Positions 54,421-64,000 of a stretch of 64,000 nt of DNA are shown one piece after another; position 1 is the first letter of the stretch, and each line of letters starts with the position of its first letter. The stretch lies in assembly GCA_964016885.1 (NCBI GenBank), contig OZ024766.1, positions 6,510,001 to 6,574,000 of the forward strand. Reading direction: 5' to 3'. The DNA comes from Eledone cirrhosa (Eukaryota). A program made the translations under genes and the position numbers. The notes below the pieces were generated by a model. It did no database searches and was not told the origin of the DNA. It worked only from the letters and a program-made list of their open reading frames with translations.

Positions 54421-54557
54421 CGCTTCTGCATAAGAAGAAAGCAAGAAGAGGAGGGAGGTGGGAGTTTTCCTCATCAATTGTCTTCTGGGGGTCTCAGATA
54501 TTTCAACACTTTAAAGACAATATATCTAACCCCCCCCCCCCCAGTGCGTTCAATAGT

Positions 54558-55320
54558 GAAGGCGCATGGCTTAGTGGTTAGAGCTTTGGGCTTGCAATCG
54601 AAAGGTTGTGAGTTCAATTCTCGGACCGGGTGATGTGTTGTTTCCTTGAGCAAGACACTTTATTTCACATTGCTGTAGAAGTGAGATGATAGGGACTGGG
54701 GTCTCTATCATTCCACTGCAAAGTGGTCGCGGAGGTGCCATGGCAAAAAAGCACCCAGCCCACACTGTAAAGTGAACGTGGAGGTGCCACGACAAAAAGC
54801 ACCCAGCCCACACTGTAAAGTGGACCTGTAAGTGCCATGGCAAAAAAGCACCCAGCACTCACTGTAAAGTGGACGTGGAGGTGCCACGACAAAAAGCACC
54901 CAGCCCACACTGTAAAGTGGACCTGTAAGTGCCATGGCAAAAAAGCACCCAGCACTCACTGTAAAGTGGACGTGGAGGTGCCACGGCAAAAAAGCACCCA
55001 GCCCACACTGTAAAGTGGACATGGAGGCACCACAGAAAAAAAGCACCCAGCCCACACTGTAAAGTGGACCTGGAGGTGCCACGGAAAAAAAGCACCCAGC
55101 CCACACTGTAAAGTGGACCTGTAGGTGTCACGGAAAAAAAGCACCCAGCACTCACTGTAAATGATGTTGGTGTTAGGAAGGGCATCCAACTGTAGAAATC
55201 AAACCAGAATCAGTTCCTGTATGAGCAAGACATGGTCAGCCGACCGGACACTGCCCACAACAGGACAACCCATCTAACCCATGCTAGCGTGGAAGAACGG
55301 ACGTAAAACGGTGATGATGA
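54558..55320 (+). mobile_element. SINE family A with an internal ~49-bp diverged array
   Basis: Head and tail present; ~9 units at 54720-55160. Confidence 0.82.
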
Positions 55321-55440
55321 TATATATATATATATATACACACACAAAAAACGCACAGAACACCCACCACTCCAATCAAGCCCTTTTCTACTCGCAACCA
55401 TACGTCAGCTCTACCAATTTGTTTTTATTAACTCTTTCAG

Positions 55441-55608
55441 TAACTGTGGTCCCTTCTGCAAAATACCCTCGCAACAAATTTGTGTACCTGTTCGTGGGTG
55501 GGGTACCATTCTCTGGCACCAGGGTGCCTAATCTTGCTGGCTGCATCAGGGGTCTGAAAATTGGTGAAGATGTGTTTTATCTGAGGAATGCCAGCCGCAA
55601 TAAACCAA
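55441..55608 (+). CDS. Exon 21, end of LamG5 (LFVGG...LAGCIRGLKIG)
   Basis: ttcag| and A|gtgagt; phase 1-1. Confidence 0.92.
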
Positions 55609-55679
55609 GTGAGTTGTTGTTGTTGTTGATGATGATGTTGTTGTTGTTGTTGTCATGATGTGTTAAAGAATATCTAAAA

Positions 55680-56420
55680 AAAAACTCTTCCATCATAATT
55701 TTATGTAAGAACCTTTGTTAAGTTATGTTCCAAACACCCCTGGTTCTATTATATGAAACTGTTTGTTTTAAAGTGTTTATATTTATCTAAAACCTTTCCA
55801 TCATCATTTTATGTAAGAACCTTTGTTAAGTTATGTTCCAAACACCCCTGGTTCTATTATACAAAACTGTTTGTTTTAAAGTGTTTATATTTATTTAAAA
55901 CCTTTCCATCATTATTTTATGTAAGAACCTTTGTTAAGTTATGTTCCAAACACCCCTGGTTCTATTATACGAAACTGTTTGTTTTAAAGTGTTTATATTT
56001 ATCTAAAACCTTTCCATCATTATTTTATGTAAGAACCTTTGTTAAGTTATGTTCCAAACACCCCTGCTTCTATGATACAACACTTTGTAAGAACCTTTAT
56101 TAGGTTATGTTCCAAACACCCCTGGTTCTCTGATACAAAACTGTTTGTTTTAAAGTGTTTATATTTATCTAAAACTCTTCCACCATTAGTTTATGTAAGA
56201 ACCTTTGTTAAGTTATGTTCCAAACGCCATCTTAAATTATTTACATTTTTCTAAAAAAACTTCCCTCATAACTTCATGTAAGAACCTTTGTTAAGTTATG
56301 TTCCAAACCCCATCTTAAATTATTTATATTTATCTAAAAAAACCTTCCCTCATAACTTCATGTAAGAACCTTTGTTAAGTTATGTTCCAACGATTAGATT
56401 ATTAATGAGAAATTTGGTTA
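55680..56420. repeat. 123-bp tandem repeat of a dispersed AT-rich family
   Basis: gtaagaacctttgttaagttatgttccaaac; also at ~38500-38680 and ~43160-43230 (-). Confidence 0.8.
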
Positions 56421-56481
56421 TATAACTAAATATCTCTTGTCTTGTCTATTTATTTATTAATTGTGGTTAAATATTTTGCAG

Positions 56482-56619
56482 AGGTGAAGAAGGACTGTGA
56501 AGCGGGTTGTGGTATTAATCCATGCCTGAATGGTGGTGCCTGCACAAATCTTTGGGGTAACAAGGAAATCTTCTGCGACTGTTCTATGAGCAGTTTTACT
56601 GGGCCTTACTGCACACGTG
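56482..56619 (+). CDS. Exon 22, EGF4 (CGINPCLNGGAC...CDC...FTGPYC)
   Basis: tgcag| and G|gtaagt; phase 1-1. Confidence 0.92.
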
Positions 56620-56659
56620 GTAAGTAAGGGAAAACATTTTAAAATGCAATTGAAGTCAT

Positions 56660-57200
56660 TTAACCTGTTGACTGCTGCGTATATTTTACACAGCTACAGT
56701 TGCTTTAATCTGTTGACTGCTGCGTATACTTTACAGAGCTTCAGTTGCTTTAATCTGTTGGTTGCTGCGTATATTTTACACAGTTACAGTTGCTTTAATC
56801 TGTTGACTGCTGCGTATACTTTACAGAGCTTCAGTTGCTTTAATCTGTTGGTTGCTGCGTATATTTTACACAGTTACAGTTTCTTTAACCTGTTGACTGC
56901 TGCGTATATTTTACACAGCTACAGTTGCTTTAATCTGTTGACTGCTGCGTATATTTTACAGAGCTACAGTTGCTTTAACCTGTTGACTGCTGCGTATATT
57001 TTACACAGCTACAGTTTCTTTAACCTGTTGACTGCTGCGTATATTTTACACAGCTACAGTTTCTTTAACCTGTTGACTGCTGTGTATATTTTACACAGCT
57101 ACAGTTTCTTTAACCTGTTGACTGCTGTGTATATTTTACACAGCTACAGTTGCTTTAACCTGTTGACCGCTGTGTATATTTTACACAGCTACAGTTGCTG
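56660..57200. repeat. ~12 x 45-bp minisatellite
   Basis: tttaacctgttgactgctgcgtatattttacacagctacagttgc. Confidence 0.9.
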
Positions 57201-57456
57201 TGGCCGTTTTTTTTTTTTGTTTTTTTTGTTTTTTTTGCAGTAAAATGAAGTTTGAAAGCCACAACAATGTGAAATGGATGGAAAAACCAGTCAGATGAAA
57301 CAAAATGTTGTGTTTTTTACCTTAACTTATTTATTTCGAGATTGAAATCTCTTCTTCTGAGGAAATTAAAAGTTATGAACTGTTGGAAAAGAGTTCAAAC
57401 ATGTTAGGATGAGTTATCTCGTCTACGGCACTAAAGAGGTTGATCTAATAGATCCG

Positions 57457-58515
57457 ATATTATGTGAGGTAAAGCCTTTACTGTGAAAATACAATAGTAT
57501 ATATAGGGTAATGTAAATGTTATGTGAGATATTATGTGAGGTAAAGCCTTTACTGTGAAAATACAATAGTATATATAGAGTAATGTAAATGTTATGTGAG
57601 ATATTATGTGAGGTAAAGCCTTTACTGTGACAATACAATAGTATATATAGAGTAATGTAAATGTTATGTGAGATATTATGTGAGGTAAAGCCTTTACTGT
57701 GACAATACAATAGTATATATAGAGTAATGTAAATGTTATGTGAGATATTATGTGAGGTAAAGCCTTTACTGTGACAATACAATAGTATATATAGAGTAAT
57801 GTAAATGTTATGTGAGATATTATGTGAGGTAAAGCCTTTACTGTGAAAATACAATAGTATATATAGAGTAATGTAAATGTTATGTGAGATATTATGTGAG
57901 GTAAAGCCTTTACTGTGAAAATACAATAGTATATATAGAGTAATGTAAATGTTGTGTGAGATATTATGTGAGGTAAAACCTTTACTGTGAAAATACAATA
58001 GTATATATAGAGTAATGTAAATGTTATGTGAGATATTATGTGAGGTAAAGCCTTTACTGTGACAATACAATAGTATATATAGAGTAATGTAAATGTTATG
58101 TGAGATATTATGTGAGGTAAAGCCTTTACTGTGACAATACAATAGTATATATAGAGTAATGTAAATGTTATGTGAGATATTATGTGAGGTAAAACCTTTA
58201 CTGTGACAATACAATAGTATATATAGAGTAATGTAAATATTATGTGAGGTAAAGCCTTTACTGTGAAAATACAATAGTATATATAGAGTAATGTAAATGT
58301 TATGTGGGATATTATGTGAGGTAAAGCCTTTACTGTGAAAATACAATAGTATATATAGAGTAATGTAAATGTTATGTGAGATATTATGTGAGGTAAAGAC
58401 TTTACTGTGACAACACAATAGTATATATAGAGTAATGTAAATGTTATGTGAGATATTATGTGAGGTAAAGCCTTTACTGTGACAATACAATAGTATATAT
58501 AGAGTAATGTAAATG
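57457..58515. repeat. ~14 x 72-bp minisatellite
   Basis: atattatgtgaggtaaagcctttactgtga... Confidence 0.9.
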
Positions 58516-58612
58516 CTAAAGGGCTAAGTTTTCGTGTTATTAGTCAGTGACTATGGCTGATGACAGTCAAATTTTAAGAGGTATCTGAATTAGTATCTTC
58601 TATATTTTCCAG

Positions 58613-58772
58613 TGCCCTGTGGAGATTTCCAAGGTGATACGGTGCTTGAGTACCAGTTTGAACCAACTAAATTTGGACCAGCTAAGACGAATAAAGAGAA
58701 ACTGATTGTCAGTTTTGCCACCAACGTCACAGAGAAGGGCAGATATGTGTTGGTCGACGTCTACAGTACTAT
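58613..58772 (+). CDS. Exon 23, LamG6 start (KLIVSFAT)
   Basis: tccag| and AT|gtaagt; phase 1-2. Confidence 0.87.
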
Positions 58773-58886
58773 GTAAGTATTGAGCCTTACTACCTTAATG
58801 CACAAAATTGCACACCAGTGTGGCTGATGAGGTAAGGAAGCAAAAGACTCTTCTGCTTATGTAACTCTTTTTTTTTTGTGTGTGTC

Positions 58887-58921
<35 letters not shown>

Positions 58922-59134
58922 GGATGTATATATGTGTGTATGTGAATGTATATGTATGTATATCTATGTATATATGTGTGTGAGTATGTATATATGTGTG
59001 TGTGTGTATATATATGTGTGTATGTATATATATGTGTGTTTGTGCGTATGTGTGCGTGTGTGTGAGTATATATATATGTGTGTGTGTGTATGTATATATA
59101 TATATATGTATATACATATATATGTATATGTATG

Positions 59135-59167
<33 letters not shown>

Positions 59168-59295
59168 ATATATGTGTGTGTGTTTGTGTACATATGCACA
59201 TATATATATACATATATATATGTATATATATGTATATATATATATATATATACATATATACACACATATATATATGTATGTATATGTATCTATAC

Positions 59296-59348
<53 letters not shown>

Positions 59349-59552
59349 TACACACACACATATATATATGTATCATCATCATCATCATCATGTATGTATA
59401 CGTATATATATATAGATGTATGTATACGTATATATACATATATATATATATATATACATATACACACACACACACATATATATATAGAAATATATACATA
59501 TATATACAGACACATATATATATATATGTATGTATACGTATCTATACATATA

Positions 59553-59627
<75 letters not shown>

Positions 59628-59632
59628 CTCAG

Positions 59633-59709
59633 CTCCAGTGACTACATCATCATCACTCTGGAACCAAACAAGAGAGTTAGTGTCAACACAGACCAAGGTG
59701 TGGGCATCT
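59633..59709 (+). CDS. Exon 24, LamG6 ([10 protein letters not shown]...)
   Basis: ctcag| and T|gtaagt; phase 2-1; no following LamG exon found in the window. Confidence 0.82.
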
Positions 59710-59991
59710 GTAAGTTCTCTCCCTTTACTCTAATCTCTCGTTTTCTTTCTCTCTTTTCCTGAAGATTTCCTCTCAAGGGGCGGGGGGCTGACTACAGCCC
59801 ATTGCTGCTGCTGACCGTCGTTGTCCAGTGTTACTAAGGGGCCAGGGCCATCTATGCTTCGATTGTGGTCCCCCCTGTTGTTACCAGTGTCATATTCGTA
59901 GTTGCTAGTGTTGAAGAGCCCTTCCAAATTTGGAAGGGAGATGGGAGGGGGGGGTGAAGGGTTTGGGCCTTGACACATTCACACACACGTA

Positions 59992-60043
<52 letters not shown>

Positions 60044-60094
60044 TATAGACAGACACACAGACATACATATATATATATATATATATAGACAGCC

Positions 60095-60128
<34 letters not shown>

Positions 60129-61600
60129 ATATAGACACACAGACATACATATATATATATACATATATAGGCAGCCAGACATATATATATATATATAGAG
60201 AGAGAGAAACACACAGACACATATATATATACACATATATATATATATATATAGTCACACAGACATACATATATATATACATATATAGACACAGATATAT
60301 ATATATATATATACACACATATATAGACCGTTAGACATATCTATATATATATTTATATTTATATATATATATATACAGACACACACACACACACAAACAC
60401 ACATATATATATATATATATATATGCATACACAGATATATAGTCTTAAGCACACATACATACGTATACACATTGACAGACACATATATATACATACATAT
60501 ACAAACACACACACACACATACACATAAATATACACACACATATACAAAGAACATAGCCCATCATTTACCTGCTAAATGCCCCCCTCCCCACCACCGTAC
60601 ACCCAGCCCCCACTATCGTCCCTCCAACCTGTGCCACCCCCCTCCCCCACCCCCCCACCCGCTACACTAATTTGGTCCCTGAACATAGCTGCTATTACCC
60701 AAAACCCTCTCGGGGGCGCCGCACTGTACCTTACCCTACCCTAGCCTGTCCTTAACTGAGCAACTCCACCATACCATCCCTCAGTCACCAATGATATCCC
60801 CCCCCCCCCTCAGACCCCACCCCCACCCCCCACCCCCATGATACACGACCACACCACCACCACCACACCAATACCACCTCTCCCCCCCCCACACACACAC
60901 ACCCACCACACCACCACCACCACCACTACACCACCACCATGCCAAAACCACCACAACCCTCACCCCCGCACCCCCACACCCCCACCACACCATCACCACC
61001 ACCAGCATACCACCTCTCAGCCCCCACCACACCACCACTCAGCCCTCACCACCACCACCACCACCACCATGCCAACACCCCCCACTACACCCCCACCCAC
61101 CCCACCATGCCAACACTACCACCACTACACCACCACCACCACTCAGGCCCCAGTCCTTAACTGTGCAACTCCACCATACCCCCCCCGCCATACGATACAC
61201 CACCACCACCACCACCACCACCACCACTCAGGCCCCAGTCCTCAACTGTGCAACTCCACCCCAGGCTCTAATCAGGGTTTAAGGGTCTCACCAAGAAATA
61301 TGGAACAGACTTCGTCTCGTCGTTGCAAAGTTTCGCCACCAGAGGTCACTGCTGGGAAAAATAAACACCAACTAAACCCCACACACACGTCTCAATGTCT
61401 ACGCGGACACCAGCTCCTGAGAAGTAAGATTTTTTACGTATATATATATATATATATATATATATACTTATAATAATAATATATATAATAAATATGCATG
61501 TATATATATATATATAATATGTGTGTATATAATATATGTGTGTATATATAATATATATATATAAAATATATAGACATATATATATATATATATATATATA

Positions 61601-61678
<78 letters not shown>

Positions 61679-61714
61679 AAATGTGTGTATAATACATATA
61701 TATATATATATATG

Positions 61715-61812
61715 CAGGGTGTCCCAAAAAATGTATACACACTTCAACAGCATTCTAATAGATATTGCCTGTACAGGTAATAGAAGTGTGTATACATTTT
61801 TGGGACAACCTG
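61715..61812. mobile_element. Tc1/mariner-type MITE
   Basis: ~30-bp TIRs CAGGGTGTCCCAAAAAATGTATACACACTT in a TA context. Confidence 0.8.
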
Positions 61813-62287
61813 TATATATATATATGTATATATATATACAATATATACACATATATGCATATATATATATATACATAAATATATTTTGGTTCGTCAAGTA
61901 TGAAATTTGTAGATATTTGGTTTTTTTTCCAATAATTTCTACAAATTTCATACTTGACGGCACAATATATACATGCATATATATATGTATGTATATATAC
62001 ACATATTATATTATATATATATATTATATTATATATATTATATATATTATATATATATACATTATTTTTCTCTGCTTCCTGGCTGATTTGAACCTCCAAC
62101 CTTCCCGCTAAATTCTCACCAATTTATTTTCTATATTTGATTTTTTTTGCGATGTCCGCTACCACAGCTCTTCCTCTTACTCCCACTCATTCTATCCTCT
62201 TACTCCTTCTCTCTCTCTCCCCCCTCTCCTATGTGCAATAGTTGTTGGGGGGGGGGGTTTTGTTGTTTTTGTTTTCGTTTCGTTTTA

Positions 62288-62328
<41 letters not shown>

Positions 62329-62654
62329 CGAAAATTTAAAAATTTTCAGAAATTTTCAAAAAAAGTTTTAAAAATTAAAACAAAACAATTTAAAATTAAA
62401 AAAAATAAAATTTTTAAAAATAAAATTAAAAAAATTTTTTTTAAAAAAGCCAATTTAAAATTAAAAAAGCATTTTTTTTTTTATTTTAAATTTAAAAAAA
62501 AAAAATAAAAAAAAAAAAATAACATTTTCTTTAGAAATTTTCAAATTTTAAAAAAATTTTAAAGAAATTTTTAAATTAAAAAAAAAAAATCCTTAATTTT
62601 AATTTCATTTGCCTCGCATGGAATTTTATTTAAATATTTTTAGCTTACTATTAC

Positions 62655-63160
62655 GGATTGGCTGCAGTATCGGCAGCGGGCCAGACGCCATGCTTTGCAG
62701 CATGGAGTTACGGCCCTTTACGATCTGAGTTCAAATCCCGCCGAGGTTAACTTTGCCTTTCATCCTTACGGGAGTCGATAAAATAAAGTACCAGTCATGC
62801 ACTGGGGTCGATTTACTCGACTTTCCCCTCCCCCAAAATTGCTGGCCTTGTTCCTATATAAGAAACAATTATTAAAGTGGGGGGTGGGGGAAAGTTGATT
62901 AAATCAACCCCAGTACATTACTGGTACTTTAATTTATGGACCCTGTATGGATGAAAGGCAAAATTAACCTCGGCGGAATTTTGAACCTCAGATTGTGAAG
63001 TTACAACCCTTTATAGTCTGAGTTCAAAATCCCGCCGAGGTCAACTTTGCCTTTCATCCTTACGGGGTCGATAAAATAAAGTACCAGGTATGTACTGGGG
63101 TCGATTTAATCGACTTTCCACTCCAAGCAAACAAAAATTGCTGGCCTCGTGCCTTAACCG
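62655..63160. mobile_element. SINE family B cluster (+/-/+)
   Basis: Same motifs in alternating orientation. Confidence 0.75.
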
Positions 63161-64000
63161 GAAATATATTATTTTGGCTGTTATTTTATAATATTTGCTG
63201 TTGATCTCCTCGCCACTGCCCTGGTCTTGTTGCTGCTGCTGTTGTTGTTGTTGTTGTTGTTGGCTGCAGTGTGCAACTTAATGGTGCATCGTATTGTGTC
63301 CTGGTTCGTCCATATATATATGTATGTATATATATATATACACTATATATTTTTAAATGTATATACAAATTATATATACTATATAGTATATATATGTTTT
63401 CTCTTTTGTTCACACTGTTTATTTGATTGCGTTATTGTCTTATATATTTAATGGGTTGTCATATTAACTCGTTTTCATATTTTAATGGTGTTCATGTTTT
63501 TTTAATGACATTAATGTAGTTTTAATGGCTTTGTTATTAACACACGTTCACAGCATTTTAATGACATTCTTATTTAATTCACATTACTGTTGTTTTAATG
63601 GTGTTGTTCTCCTTTTTAATATCTTTTCACAACATTTTAATGGCGTTCCTGTTAATTGTAACTGTGTTGTTGTTACTTTCCGGCGTTTGAAATTATTTTA
63701 ATTGCAGTTGTTTAGTCATTTTAATGGTTTTGTTGGTATTTTAATAACACTTTTGTTTCATTGTCATTTTTTACACATTTTAACATTATTTTAATGGCAT
63801 TGTTTTAATGGAGTTCTGTTGTTTTAATGGTTTCTTTTCGATTAAGTGCACTTTTGTTATCTTAGTATAGCACACTTGGTATAGAATCCACCTATGTTGT
63901 TTAAGTATCATTTCCATATGAATAGTTTCTGTCATTTTAATGACCTTCTACTAATATTTTAATGAGCTTTTGTTGCTATTTTAATAACCATTTACTGATT

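Noticed and set aside
59765-59815. Plus-strand exon after a ~55-nt intron
   Set aside because: Both nearby AG options reach a stop quickly and give no LamG motif
61265-61423. Plus-strand candidate exon 25 (cag|...A|gtaaga, phase 1-1, open)
   Set aside because: The peptide has no LamG features needed to continue exon 24 and the acceptor tract is poor; not fully excluded
62290-62600. Noisy A/T-run tract with a quasi-palindromic look
   Set aside because: Low complexity and possibly low-quality consensus; no definable unit

Overview
Repeat-dense animal genomic DNA, most likely an octopod cephalopod (inferred from the SINE families and (TA)n/(CA)n load). One large + strand gene spans the window. 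I reconstructed 24 GT-AG exons by hand from 7260 to 59709; all splice phases agree, giving ~1,420 codons from the signal-peptide ATG at 7630. The protein is a neurexin-superfamily, axotactin/Caspr-like protein (SP-LamG-EGF-LamG-LamG-EGF-fibrinogen-like-LamG-EGF-LamG-EGF-partial LamG) whose 3' end is not in the window. Introns hold two tRNA-derived SINE families, RTE-like and L1/Tx1-like LINE 3' fragments, Tc1/mariner-type MITEs, microsatellites, and many minisatellites amplified from retroelement pieces. Three less obvious signals stand out: (i) several minimal type-I hammerhead-ribozyme motifs, often within long near-perfect palindromes (Penelope-like remnants and potential long intronic dsRNA); (ii) a dual-open-frame basic/acidic leader upstream of the signal peptide; (iii) a possible antisense spliced exon pair near the right end. 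Most ORF-track entries are microsatellite translations. All calls are by eye; no database search or folding was run.
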